Counted from the stretch's first letter, positions 11,424 through 24,959 are shown. The stretch is 64,000 nucleotides of DNA from Squalus acanthias (GCA_030390025.1 CM059433.1:30196001-30260000); one strand, 5' to 3'. A program made the numbers and translations. The notes: generated from the sequence alone by a model not told the origin.

Positions 11424-13506
11424 AATATGTAATGCACTTTCTCGCTTCCTCTGCCTAACCTCACAAATTTCTACTCAGCTGTGTGGAACTCCTTGTGCCT
11501 TTTCTATGCCGATTAACCAAGCCTATCCATTGCCCTTTCGGTTATCACACATTACATCTTTGCTGGAGCCATACTTGCCTTCATCTTGCCTTTCTACTTT
11601 GCTTTTCCACTCTCAATTCGGACATCCAGCCTCCCCTTTCAGTGGTCAAAACAATTACAAAATAATGATTTATTTATTCCATCTTTTTCCAGTCCTCAGA
11701 TACCACTTCCCTATTGCCATCAGTAAGCACTCAAGTGTCAGTGAATTCTTTTCTTGGTCCTGCTGCATTTAAAGAATACGTTATTATTGTCCTTTATATT
11801 TTCTGCTATATTTCTCTCCTGTTTCCTCTTTGCATTGCTCATCAATTTCTTGGTCTTCCTCTTTTTGGTTTTTATAGTTCTTCCAATTCTGTTCTGCCAC
11901 ACTGTACTTCAGAATGTTATATACTTCGTTCTCCCTAATGCCATTTTAAAAATCCTCTCTCTAGTCTTTCAGCCTCCCCAATTGCTTCCAACCCCCAACT
12001 GCTGCTGAAATCTATATACTGTACTTAAAATGACATTGTTTTGTTGTGAAATGCCCTGGAATGCCCCAGGTATTAAAATTGATGTCAGGAAATTGTGCTT
12101 GCCATATTGGATGGCCTTCTGGGTAGAATAATGGTAGCAAAACCTCCAAAATTATTTAGCAGCATTGCTACAATGGAGGGATTGTAGGGTCTTTCTGAAT
12201 AGATGAACTACAGTGCGCCAAACAACATTACTCATCCATGTTTATCTTGTGACAAGAGTAGTCCCTGCACTCCAAAGGTAATTCATAATGAGAGACATTT
12301 TGATAAGATGCTGCATCAGTGCTAGTTTTTTATATTTTTTCTCTTCATCCTTATTTTTGTAAATGACACCAGCCAATCTATGACAGATAGCTGTAAGAGT
12401 ACAGTAATGTAATTCACATCAACAGATATAAAATGATATAGTGCAAACATATATGCAGTAATGTTGGAAACTCGCTGTCTCCAGTGACAGTTTTACTCCT
12501 TAGAGGGAGTTGGCAGTCTCTGGTGGGACATTTGAGGGGAGAGTTAAAAATGGCCATGAGGAAGCTCTGCTTGCACCATTCAAATGTGTCTTCTGGCATG
12601 GTTAAACCTTTGTTTGTTTATAACCAAAGTGGATAGATTTGATGCAGAGGGCTAACTTTTCAAGGAGATAAATAAGAACATATTAAAATAATTCATAAAT
12701 TAATAAAATATAATTTGGATTTCTAAAAGCAATTTGCCATAGCTCTCCAAATGACTAATGTATCCAGTTGGTAACTGGGCTGTGCAGAACAGGAGGTTGA
12801 TGTTTGATCCCACTCGGGCTGCAATAATTGATCTCAGGTGTTTGAGTCACTTAAATTTGGTCTCGGCAGCTCTGGATTAGGGAAGGGAAAATCAGCCAGT
12901 CTTCCTGCTCCTACCCATTGACTGTTGCCAGGAGTGTAACCTTATGGCAGGTTTGAACTTGGATGTGATGTTCCCTGTGGTTGAGTCACCTGTCAGCACT
13001 CACTGTGAAGGATGGGTTGCCCATCTAAAACTAGCATTTGTTTATGGATTTCATTTCGCTTTGTAGCATGTGCGACAGTTGTGACTTACAAAGCATTCTG
13101 ATGTCAGCATTTATTTTCAAACACTGCTGAGAATATTACTGAAATTCACTGCACCAGCTTAAAATTGCAGAGGGCATTTGAATATTCTTGTGTAACTGAT
13201 ACAGTTTTGAGTTTGCACTCTATAAAATATTAAATTAAAATTAGGAAAAAGATAGGAACAGGTGTAGGCCATTCAGCCCCTCGAGCCTGTTCCGCCATTG
13301 AATTAGATCATGGCTGATTTGTATCTTAACTCCTATCTGCCTGCCTTGGTAAATTAAAATATTACTAAGAACAATCAATAATACAGTTTCATCACTTAAT
13401 TATTTATATGGTTTAGTACACTTTTGTTTACTGTACAGAAATGAAAACTAAGTTTTAGTAAATATAAATTAGAATTTTCATTTGAAAAATCTTTGAATCA
13501 TTTCAG

Positions 13507-13623
13507 GTGTTGTTTAAACGAGTGTTAAAAGGTGACATCGTACCTGATCATTTGATTCGTATGAGTCCAGAGGAGTTGGCATCCAAGGAATTAGCTGCAT
13601 GGAGACAAAGAGAGAATAGACAT
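13507..13623 (+). CDS. PHF3: PHF3 exon, TFIIS central domain C-terminal part
   Basis: tttcag acceptor and GTAAGA donor; VLFKRVLKGDIVPDHLIRMSPEELASKELAAWRQRENRH; 117 nt, phase 0/0. Confidence 0.95.
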
Positions 13624-13691
13624 GTAAGATCCGTTTTGGTTATTATTTATTTTTATTCATCACTACAATTAATCACCCTCTTGGCACACTA

Positions 13692-14323
13692 TCATAGAAT
13701 GGTTACAGCACGGAAGAAGGCCATTTGGCCCGTTGAGCCCGTGCTGGCTCTCTGCAAGAGCACTTTAGCTAGTCCCACTCCCCTGCCCTTTCCCCGTAGC
13801 CCTGCAAATTTCTTTCCTTCAGGTACTTATCCAACTCCCTTTTGAAAGCCGTGATTGAGTCTGCCTCCACCACCCTTTCAGGCAGCACATTCCAGATCGT
13901 AACTGCTCGCTGCGTAAAAAAGCTTTTACTTACATTACCCTTGTTTTTTTTGCCAATCACCTTAAATCTGTGTCCTCTGGCTCTCGACCCTTCTGCCAAT
14001 GGGAACAGTTTCCCTCTATCTACCCTGTCCAGACCCCTCATGATTTTGAACACCTTTATCAAATCTCCTCTGAATCTTCTCTGCTCGAAGGAGAACAACC
14101 CCAGCTTCTCCAGTCTATCCACGTAACTGAAGTCCCTCATCCCTGGAATCATTCTCATAAATCTTTTCTGCACCCTCTCTAAGGCCTTCAAATCCTTCCG
14201 AAAGTGCGGTGCCCAGAATTGGACACAATACTCCAGTTGAGGCTGAACCAGTGATACAGGTTCATCATAATTTCCACGCTTTTGTACTCCATACCTCTAT
14301 TCACGAAGCCCAGGATCCCATAA
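13692..14323 (-). mobile_element. CR1 LINE 3' fragment
   Basis: ALERVQKRFMRMIPG...LEKLGLFSFEQRRFRGDLIKVFKI...FFTQRAVTIWN; CR1 3' end. Confidence 0.92.
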
Positions 14324-14469
14324 GCTGTAGAATTGGAATTTTCATAAAATGCACATTTATTGCAATGAAAATCATTTTGACAGAGTACAGATTGGAAAAT
14401 TATGTATTCATAAGCTTTCCTGTGCATTTTCACTACAGTGTAGCTGAATTATGCTTATTTTATCCACAG

Positions 14470-14598
14470 ACGATTGAAATGATAGAAAAGGAACAAAGGG
14501 AGGTTGAAAGGCGACCAATTACAAAAATAACCCACAAAGGAGAAATAGAAATCGAGAGTGAGACACCAATGGAAGAACCTGAGGATATAGTCACAGAG
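14470..14598 (+). CDS. PHF3: PHF3 exon
   Basis: ccacag acceptor and GTAAAT donor; TIEMIEKEQREVERRPITKITHKGEIEIESETPMEEPEDIVTE; 129 nt. Confidence 0.95.
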
Positions 14599-14687
14599 GT
14601 AAATGATAAACTCAAATAAAGTCTTGAATAGAATATTTTGAGAAATTTCTCAATATTTTCTCTGAAATCAGATTTAGTAAATGCCTT

Positions 14688-14908
14688 AGCAAAATACTGC
14701 GGATGCTGGAAATCCGAAATAACAAACAGAAAACGCTGGAAAAACTCAGCAGGCCAGGCAGCATCCGTGGAGAGAGAAACAGAATTAACGTTTCAGGTCG
14801 AAGACCTTCCGTCAGACGAAAGGTCTTCGACCTGAACCGTTAACTCTGTTTCTCTCTCCACGGATGCTGCCTGGCCTGCTGAGTTTTTCCAGCGTTTTCT
14901 GTTGTTAT
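14688..14908. mobile_element. Palindromic short retroelement, Penelope-pLTR/MER6-like
   Basis: About 95-bp near-perfect inverted arms; 15-bp TSD TTTAGTAAATGCCTT at 14673-14687 and 14909-14923; hammerhead-like centre. Confidence 0.8.
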
Positions 14909-14956
14909 TTTAGTAAATGCCTTTCTGTGTTAATGGATTATGTTCTAACTCATTTA

Positions 14957-15320
14957 CAGGAAACTCTCTTTTAACCGGCACCCAAATAACCGGAAATCTC
15001 TCTTAACCGGCAAAATTCTTGAGTAGGTAACCGGGGTTTTCCTTCATCTCTCCTTTAAAAATAACTTTAAAAAAAACCCCGAGGCGTTTGCCTTGTATCG
15101 GAGCATGTAGATTGGGTGGGGAATGTGCAGCCCGGGTAGGCAGCGGACACGACAGATGGTCAGCTGGCGGTCCCCGGGGAGACGGAGCTCCGAATGCAGG
15201 CGCATGTCAGTGTGTACGGGGCTCTCGTACGTTGGGAGATATAACTCTCCGTTATCCGGACTTTTTGATTAACCGGCACCACGCCGGTCCCGTCGGTGCC
15301 GGTTAATAAAGAGTTTCCTG
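14957..15320. mobile_element. Tc1/mariner (pogo/Tigger-like) MITE, subtype A
   Basis: TA TSD; TIR CAGGAAACTCT...TTAACCGGCACC; near-identical copy at 63295-63656. Confidence 0.9.
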
Positions 15321-16569
15321 TACATGTAGCCATTGTGTTACCGACTAGTTTTGTGTTGTTAAAAGGCCTTCTGATGTAGACTAATTGCAGAGTTTATAGC
15401 GGTAATACATGAAGCTAAAGAAACATGCCAGCCAGAAACCGATAAATGAATTTTATGAATTGGAACTCCCAGCCTAGAGCTTTGCGCAGAGAGCACTTAC
15501 TGGTAATTTGGGTGTGGAGGTCACCATGTCCTATTGTCTATCTATTAAAATGAATGGACAGAAAACTGTGCGAGGTACGTTGACCTCTGCGTCTGAGTTA
15601 CCAGTGTGTGCTCCCATCACACAAAGCTTACGTCGTGGGCACCATTTCATCAAATCTCTTGGTTCATTTAACAAGTCTTCATAGTTTTTCCATTACTTGT
15701 AAGCAGATTTTTTCTTTGTGCTCAATTTGTAACAGGAATTTTATGAACTATTTACCAGCTGAATCTAGTGACTTACCTGTTAGCTGAATTAGTCAAACAG
15801 CTAATTTGTTACTACACAATTCTTCGTATAGTAAATTGTTGAGCAGAAAAGAAGAATATACACCTGTTCTGTAATAATACTAGTGAAATTTTAAAAGATG
15901 TAAAATAAAGGTGGTTTTTACCTCAGCTTTCATTCCATAATTTGCTTGATGGTGATGCATCAAACCAATCCAATTAACAAGTTTGAAGAAACAGGATTCA
16001 TTTGCAAAACAAATAAGCAGAGCAGAATTGGTTTTACGCATTCAATTACATGGTGGCAGTAGTGTCTTCAGAATGTAGCTTGTTTTAAATGAGGGGGAAA
16101 TGTTTTTTATACCAATTTCTGGCTCCTAAGTTACATGGAAGCTTTAACATTCATCTCAGCCATTGAAACGGGCAGAAGGAGCGTTGGTTTAAAATTTCAC
16201 TGAAGGAGAACATCGTTGACAATGTAACACTCCCTCAATGGTGCATTGGTGAGTCAGCCTAGATTAAAAGACGCTATAAATATAGGATGATCAGTTGTAT
16301 TACCGTCCAATATTAAAAGGGGAATCTCCAACTTTGGTAGAAAAATGAAACGAATTCGAAGCTGACCAGTAACTCATGTTGTATGTGATTTCTTAAAATT
16401 GCATCACTATCGTTCACTATCAACATTCACTGTTGAAAGCATGAAGCAGGTGGTTTGATTTTTGTGTATTACAAAATGGTGGGGAATTTTATCAGGTGTT
16501 TTGTGAGGATAAAATGTGACGTTCATTTCCTAACTAGATTCTGTTACATTGGTAAAGGCAAAATTATTT

Positions 16570-17092
16570 AAGGAGGGATATACTTGCATTGGAGGCAGTT
16601 CAGAGAAGTTTCACTAGGTTGATTCCTGGGATGAAGGGGTTGTCTTATGAGGAAAGGTTGAGCAGGTTGGGCCTATACTCATTGGAGTTTAGAAGAATGA
16701 GAGGTGATCTTATTGAAACATACAAGATTCTGAGGGGGCTTGACAGGGTAGATGCTGAGAGGATGTTTCTCCTCGAGGGGGAATCTAGAACTAGGGGTCA
16801 TAGTTTCAGAATAAGGGGTCGCCCATTTAAGACGGAGATGAGGAGGAATTTCTTCTCTGAAGGTCGTGAATCTTTGGAATTCTCTACCCCAGAGAGCTGT
16901 GGAGGCTGAGTCATTGAATATGTTCAAGGCTGAGATAGACAGATTTTTGAACTACAGGGGTGTCGAGGGTTATGGGGAACGGGCAGAAAAGTGGAGTTGA
17001 GGCCGAGATCAGATCAGCCACGATCTTACTGAATGGCGGAGCAGATTCGAGGGGCCGAATGGCCTACTCCTGCTCCTATTTCTTATGTTCTT
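16570..17092 (+). mobile_element. CR1 LINE 3' fragment
   Basis: LEAVQRSFTRLIPGMKGLSYEERLSRLGLYSLEFRRMRGDLIETYKIL; TTCTTATG tail. Confidence 0.92.
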
Positions 17093-17428
17093 AAAAAAAA
17101 TCTTTTCCTTTTGACTGCTGTTTTGTTCACTGGAATTGGTCTTGTACCTATTAGACAATAAGGAGCACTTGCACATCATACCACTTAGCCCTTTGAATGT
17201 GTTTGAAAGGCATTTAGCTATCAAATCACATGCCTCTTTTGCATTTATCAAGCCATTTAAAGAAAAGTGTGTATTTTCATTCTGAATTTAACCAAAGTAT
17301 ATTAATTCATAGTATATTCAAATAAACTGGACATTGTGTTGTTGAAGCTCTACTGTAGTGCTCAAAGAACTAAAATAAGAACCATCTTCTCAGCTAAAGT
17401 GAAATCTCTGCCTTGTGAACTATATTAG

Positions 17429-17573
17429 GAGGCTGAACCAAAAGCTGTGGAGCCAAAGTCTATTGCAGAGAAATTGGAAGAGATTGAAGAAGAAACCCCA
17501 ACAGATGCTACAGACGATACTACGTGTCAGCACAAAAACCACCTCTTTGACTTGAATTGCAAAATTTGCACAG
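17429..17573 (+). CDS. PHF3: PHF3 exon
   Basis: tattag acceptor and G|GTAATA donor; ends DTTCQHKNHLFDLNCKICTG, the motif shared by PHF3 and DIDO1. Confidence 0.9.
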
Positions 17574-20084
17574 GTAATAGAGATGCTAACTGTTTTAGGG
17601 GTATGTCTGGAAAAGACATTATAGTATTGTATCACATTTATTTTTAAATGGATTTGTGATTTTGTAAAACTGGCATATATTCCTGAACAGGTTAGCTTCG
17701 TACTACAGGGAAAGCTCGGCAAGCATAATACCCAGCATTAAATCCTGATTTAGTGAAGCTCACTGTGAACTGGAATATAGGAAGTTTTAGGAACCAGCAA
17801 AGGCCATTAGGCCCAATAAACCCATCCTTTTTTTCAAAGATGAACCCTATGTATCCATATTCTCACATAGAAATATAAAGATGTTACAACATGGAAACAA
17901 ACCATTTGGCCAACCAGTCCATGTCAGCATTTACCCGCCAAGCGAGCACTGTAATTTGAGTTACATATCCCTTAATCCATCTCTTTAGATGAAATGATGG
18001 ACATGAATTGAGATATCATAAGCGAACATTCCAAGTTTGCAAATTATACTAATCTGGCAGAGCACATCACCCACCCCTAGTAAAATCTGCCCAGTTGTCA
18101 CCCACTAACCCTTCTCTTCCCAACCCCCACCCCCACCCCCCCCAATCCAATGTTATTTGAACCCTTTGCCATAGTGAATAATTTGCCTGGATTATTTTTA
18201 TAAATTCTCTTCATAATTTTGAAATTTTTAATTCCAAACTCTCAACAAACTCAACTTCCATAAGCTTTCCTCATGACTTAAGTTCCTTATACCCAAAATG
18301 ATCATTGCAGCAATAATGTCCTCCTTATGATTTAGGCGATCAGAATGGCATACATTATTCTAGACAGATTCTGACTAATTCCATCTGCAGCAACAGTCTA
18401 AACTCTCCTAATTTGTGCTCTGTTGCTCTGCTGATGCAACCCAGTACCATATTTCCTCTTTTTAAACTGCAGCCAAGATTGGTGTTGACAGAGTCATGGA
18501 TTCATCCATTATAATATTTCTTTCCTTGTCAGCATATGGCACCACTATTCCATAGAACATCTTTTGGTTACTTGCTCCAGTACTCATTATTTTACACTGA
18601 TCTGCATTGAACTCCATTTGCCACCTACTTAAGCAGTTACCTAAAAAGTTACAAACCTTTTGAATCTGGTTGCATTTTTTGGTCATGTTTCCTTATGATA
18701 TCTCAATTCATGTCTTTCATTATAACATTAAAAGTAATAAAGATCCCAAGTCCAATCCCTGGGGTAGTTGACGTGTAATTTAATTCCACTCTGAGAAATT
18801 TCAGTTGATGGCTATTGTCTGTTTTCTATCCTTAAACCAATTTTATATTCATAGAAAACAGGGAATATGTGATGTTTTCGGTGAGACAGATTAGAAGGAT
18901 AGGGAAATTAGCAAGAGAAGGCATGTTATTTAAACTTACAATTTTCCATCTGAACCTTTATTGTTTTCAAGAAAGCAACTCAACTCGACATAATCATGAA
19001 CAGTTATCTGAAACCATTTAACTTAATTAATTATACTTCAACAACTGTATGTGTCTATATACCAAAGATATAATCATTTTTACATAACCTTCTGTATCAA
19101 CTTTTTTGTGAGGTTCAAATTTCAGGCTTAAATAGTCCAAGTTCCATATAACCCAAGCCAGAAACCAGTTGGCCTAATTCAACATAGTTGTGACGATCCC
19201 AGCCTTAGATGATGACACTCAACACGTGTACCTGCCAACAATAACATTGAGGTCCTGCTGGTTCCACAGAGGAACAAGAGCTTGGGTGACTGCTAGAGCC
19301 AATATTGATACACGCTATCAATCAAGCTAGCTTTGTGCTGATTGGTCTTGGTTACTGGGAGTATTTGAATAAGTTAAGTTCATAGAACAACCAGAAGTAT
19401 GCTCTGAAACCTGCTGTTATTTTGGCTGCTTTGAGCAGTTCATGCTGTAGTATGCACTGTTTGCCACAGGAGAGGTGAGAAAATGGAGGGGTGGGGTGGG
19501 GAAAGGTTCAGAATCATAGCATTTACAGCACATAAGGAAGCCGTTGGACCCATTGTGCAAATGTGGTGATGTGTTTAGTGACAGAAGGAACTTAATTGTT
19601 GGGGCATTACACAAGTCTTTGTTTACAGTCTGGTATTGCATCCTATACCAGGCAACAACACTCATTAAAATAAAGAATCACTGACTGAGCTACACGGTTC
19701 CTGTTGAGGGTGCTTCAGAATGATTGGAAACTAGTATTGTACGCAGCATCAATGCTGAAGTATAATTCCAGTACAGTTTAAGCTGCTTATAGTGGACTTA
19801 CCAGACAAATCAGGTCTGCACAGATATGTCAGATGGTTGTTGTAACTGGACAAATCGGGTCTGACAGATTGTAGATGTGATTCAAGGTATGCTGTTTGCT
19901 GCATTAGTTATAATGCAGGAGGCTTTAAGAGTTGAGCTGGTTCGGGGGGGTGGGTGGGGGGAGGGGGGATAGAGGGAGGGCGGGGGGATAGAGGGAGGGC
20001 GGGGATGCTCAGTTCATGGAGGCCTAGAGAAACTTAGTTGCATATGAGCTAGCAAATTTATTAACATGTGGAACATTTGAATAT

Positions 20085-21823
20085 CCATGAATATCCCCAT
20101 CCTCAATGATGGTAAGGCCCAGCACATGAGTGCAAAAGACAAAGCTGAAGTGTTTGCAACTATTTTCAGCCAGAAGTGCTGAGTGGATGATCCATATCGG
20201 CCTCCTCCTGAAGTCCCCACCACCACAGAAGCCAGTCTTCAGCCAATTTGATTCACGCCACATGATATCAAGAAATGGCTGAGCGCACTGGATACAGCAA
20301 AGGCTGTGGGCCCCGGCAACATCCCGGCTGTCGTGCTGAAGACTTGTGCTCCAGAACTAGCCGCGCCTCTAGCCAAGCTGTTCCAGTACAGCTATAACAC
20401 TGGCATCTATCCGACAATGTGGAAAACGGCCCAGGTATGTCCTGTCCACAAAAAGGAGGACAAATCCAATCCGGCCAATTACTGCCCCATCAGTCTACTC
20501 TCAATCATCAGCAAAGTGATGGAAGGTGTCATCGACAGTGCTATCAAGCAGCACTTACTCATCAATAACATGCTCACTGATGCCCAGTTTGGGTTCCGCC
20601 AAGACCACTCGGTTCCAAACCTCATTACAGCCTTGGTCCAAACATGGACAAAAGAGCTGAATTCCAGAGGTGAGATGAGAGTGACTGCCCTTGACATCAA
20701 GGCAGCATTTGGCCGAGTATGGCATCAAGGAGTCCTAGTAAAACTGAAGTCAATGGGAATCGGGGGGGGGGGGAGGGGGAAACTCACCCCTGCTGGAGTC
20801 ATACCTAGCACAAAGGAAGATGGTTGTGGTGGATGGAGGTCAATCATCACAGCCCCAGGACATCGCTTCAGGAGTTCCTCAGGGCAGTGTCCTAGGCCCA
20901 ACCATCTTCAGCTGCATCATCAATGACCTTCCCTCTATCATAAGGTCAGAAGTGGGGATGTTCGCTGATGATTGCACAATGTTCAATGCCATTCGCAACT
21001 CCTCAGATAATGAAGCAGTCCATGCCCGCATGCAGCAAGACCTGGACGACATTCAGGCTTGGGCTGATAAGTGGCAGGTAACATTCGCGCCATACAAGTG
21101 CCAGGCAATAACTATCTCCAGCAAGCAAGCATCTAACCACCACCCCTTGACATTCAACGGCATTACAATTGCCGAATCCCCCACCAGCAATATCCTGGAG
21201 GGGTCACCATTGACCAGAAACTTAACTGGACCAGCCACATAAATACTGTGGCAACAAGAGCAGGTCAGAGACTGGGTGTTTTGTGGCGACTGTCTCACCT
21301 CCTGACTCTCCAAAGCCTTTCCACCATCTACAAGGCACAAGTCAGGAGTGTGATGGAATACTCTCTACTTGCCTGGATGAGTGCAGCTCCAACAACACTC
21401 AAGAAGCTCGACACCATCCAAGACAAAGCAGCCCGCTTGATTGGCACCCCATCCACCACCTTAAACATTCACTCCCTCCACCACTGGTGTACCGTGGCTG
21501 CAGTGTATACCATCTATAAGATGCATTGCAACAACTCGCCAAGGCCTCTTCGCTAGCACCTCCCAAACCTGCGACCTCTACCACCTAGAAGGACAAGGGC
21601 AGCAGGCGTATGGGAACACCACCACCTCCAAGTTCCCCAAGTTCACAGTATATCGCTGTTCCTTCATTGTCGCTGGATCAAAATCCTGGAACTCCCTCCC
21701 TAACAGCACTTTGGGAGTACCTTCACCACACGGACTCACCACCACCACCTCAAGGGCAACTAGGGATGGGCAATAAATGCTGGCCTTGCCAGCGACACCC
21801 ACATCCCATCAATGAATAAAAAA
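20085..21823 (+). mobile_element. CR1-group LINE, second family, RT region
   Basis: GPGNIPAVVLKTCAPELA, NYCPISLLS, QFGFR, ALDIKAAF, GVPQGSVLGP, MFADD; ends AATGAATAAAAAAA. Confidence 0.9.
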
Positions 21824-22250
21824 ACAATTGTTAGTCTATACAGATGAACCTTGCTAATGTATTTTGGTTTGGGTAGATGCAGTTTGTGTGGTTTATCTGA
21901 TTTGGATGAACCAAGTCCACTGTAAGTGCATGACACTGTTACACATTGTACAATATTTCATTCCGTTTTTTCCCTACTTGTCATTCTTAGATTTAACTGC
22001 CAAGAAGGTTATATGAAAAATTTATAGGGACAAGGATTTTTTGAATAGATTAATTCATTTACATTGGAAAGTCTGTCAAGTAATAATGTTTTTCTTTTAA
22101 GATGCCTAAAATTTGTATATTTTGTCAGGAGCTTAAGCTAAGTTGTCAGGTGAGAAGAGGTGTGCAGCATTATAAACCCTTCCTAGAAATAAGTCTGCCG
22201 TGCAATATTAACAGTTTATTTGAGCTGAAGCTATATTTAGCTCACCACTG

Positions 22251-24720
22251 AAGAACATAAGAAGTAAGAGCAGGAGTAGGCCATACGGCCCCTCGAGCCT
22301 GCTCCGCCATTCAATAAGATCATGGCTGATCATCGACCTCAACTCCACTTTCCCGCCCGATCTCCATATCCCTTGATTCCCCTAGAGTCCAAAAATCTAT
22401 CCATCTCAGCCTTGATATACTCAAAGACTCAGCATTCACAGCCCTCTGGGGCAGAGAATTCCAAAGATTCACAACCCTCTGAGTGAAGAAATTCCTCCTC
22501 ATCTCAGTCTTAAATGGCCTACCCCTTATCCTGAGACTATGCCCCCTAGTTCTAGACACTCCAGCCAGGGGAAACAACCTCTCAGCATCTACCCTATCAG
22601 TCCCCTTCAGAATCTTGTATGTTTCAATGAGATCACCTCTCATTCTTCTAAATTCCAGAGAGTGTAGGCCCATTCTACACAATCTCTCATCATAGGACAG
22701 CCCTCTCATCCCAGGAGTCAATCTAGTGAACCTTCGTTGCACCGCCTCCAAGGCAAGTATATCCTTCCTTAAATAAGGAGATCAGAACTGTGCACAGTAC
22801 TCCAGGTGTGGTCTCACCAAGGCCATGTACAATTGTAGCAAGACTTCCTTACTCTTATACTCCAACCCCCTTTCAATAAAGGCCAGCATGCCATTTGCCT
22901 TCCTTATTGCTTGCTGTACCTGCATGCTAGCTTTCTGTGTTTCTTGCACGAGGACACCCAAATCTCTCTGAACACCAACATTTGAAAGTTTCTCACCATT
23001 TAAAAAATATTCTGTTTTTCTATTCTTCCTACCAAAGTGAATAACCTCACATTTCCCTACATTATACTCCATCTGCCACCTTACTGCCCACTCACTTAGT
23101 CTATCTATATCCCTTTGCAGACTCTTTTGGCGGAATCTTACCTGGAAGGCCGAGCTCAAGGCGGGACTGCTGGTTTTTGGGTTCCAGTCCCGCCCCCAGC
23201 GACGTCTGACGAGCTGACGCTATTTTCCCCTGATTGGCCTTGTTAACCCCGCCCTGCAGGCTTGCCGGCCAATTAAGGGAAAGGCGATGCCAGATGATGT
23301 CAGTTGATGACGCTTCATCTGCCGGTTTTCTTAAAGGCATATGCGCACCACACTTGTTTGACAGATGATTTGACAGTGTTTGTCAGCATTGAGGTGCTGT
23401 CAAACACTGACAATCACTGTCCAAAGGTAAGCCCTTGCACCCAGACTCTCCAATTACTCTCTCCTTAGGATAACACAGATGGCAGCTGCAGCTAAGATTT
23501 CACAAGCCATCTGTCACTTCTCCCGATGAGATGAGCCTACACAAACACTTCACAGCTTGTCATCTGCAGAAACATCTAAAAACATTAAACATTACTTTCA
23601 TAACTTTTCCTTACCTCTGATACTCACCAGTGTCCCATTGAACCCTTTAAACCACTTCTGCAGCTGTCATATATACACAAAAATTACAGTAGACCTACAT
23701 CACGCCTCACCTACCCTGGCGGGGTTCCCCGACGTCGGGAAGCCCGCAGCAGCAGTGGAAAAATGGGAAAAAGCCTCTTAACTGCCTGTAATCCTCTTCC
23801 TGCCTCTAGGAGTCGGGACCCTGCGCAAATCGGGGACCCGACTCCCGGGAGGCGGGTTGGGAGCGGGTTTGGGACCTGCTTCCATTTTTGGGGATTTTCC
23901 CAGCAGTCCCACCTCCAGACCCGCCTCCTCAGGGCTGGTAAAATCCAGCCCTTTGTGTTCTCCTCACAGCTTACTGTCCCACCTAGCTTTGTATCATCAG
24001 CAAACTTGGATACATTACACTCGGTCCCTTCATCTAGGTCATTAATATAGATTGTAAATAGCTGAGGCCCCAACACTGATCCTTCTGGCATCCCACTAGT
24101 TACAGCCGACCGACCTGAAAAAGATCCGTTTATCCCTACTCTTTGTTTTCTGTCCGTTAATGAATCCTCTATCCATGCTACTCTATTACCCCCAACCCCA
24201 TGATCCCAAATCTTGTGTAATAATCTTTTATGTGGCACCTTATCGAATGCCTTTTGGAAATCCAAATATACTACATCCACTGGTTCCCCTTTATCGACCC
24301 TGCTAGTTACATCCTCAAAAAACTCTAATAAATTTGTCAAACACGATTTCCCTTTCATAAAACCATGTTGACTCTGCCTAATGATGTGATGATTTTCTAA
24401 GTGACTTGATACCACTTCCTTAACAATGGATTCCGGCATTTTCCCGACGACTGATGTCAGGCTAACTGGCCTGTAGTTCCCATTTTTTTTCTCGCCCTCC
24501 TTACATTTGCGACCTTCCAATCCGCTGGGACCATTCCAGAATCTAGGGAATTTTGGAAGATCAAAACCAATGCATCCACTATCTCTTCAGCCACCTCTTT
24601 TAGAACCCTAGGATGTAGGCCGTCAGGTTCAGGGGATTTGTTGGCTTTTAGTCCCATTAGTTTCTCTAGTACTTCTTCTCTACTTATATTAATTACGTTA
24701 AGTTCCTCACCCTCATTAGA
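22251..24720 (-). mobile_element. Young CR1 LINE ORF2 fragment, interrupted by a MITE
   Basis: NYRPVSLTS, QHGFMKGKSCLTNLLEFF, YLDFQKAFDKVPH, SKFADDTKLGG, 3' end at 22251. Confidence 0.95.
23128..23951. mobile_element. Harbinger-type non-autonomous element nested in CR1
   Basis: Imperfect TIR TGGCGGAATCTTACC / GGTAAAATCCAGCCC; TSD TTT; empty site visible in the sister CR1 near 53270-53300. Confidence 0.85.
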
Positions 24721-24959
24721 AGAAGCCAATAAAAGTTGCTTCTGAGTTGAAAATTTTTAGTTTTCTGACTTCCAACTAATTTCAGCCCTGTCGAATAACA
24801 GGGCAAGATTTTCAGAGACTACAAAACTATCAATAGTATTGTGAGGTGCTGAAAACGACTTGGTGCTTTTATATGTATGTGACCAAGCATATTCCTTGAT
24901 TTAGTGATTAGTTAAAAAAAATATGAATTGCGATGGGATTCCTTGTAATACATTTTCAG

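Larger units (their letters stand above)
8870..11900 (-). mobile_element. Old CR1 LINE split by three MITE insertions
   Basis: Pieces KVFKIFIG, YRKDVELLEGVQRKATRLIP and further degenerate RT sequence are collinear once the inserts are removed. Confidence 0.7.

Noticed and set aside
23711..24520. 269-aa RT ORF as an intact or chimeric gene
   Set aside because: CR1 ORF2 fragment reading into a MITE; frameshifted upstream and lacking the endonuclease
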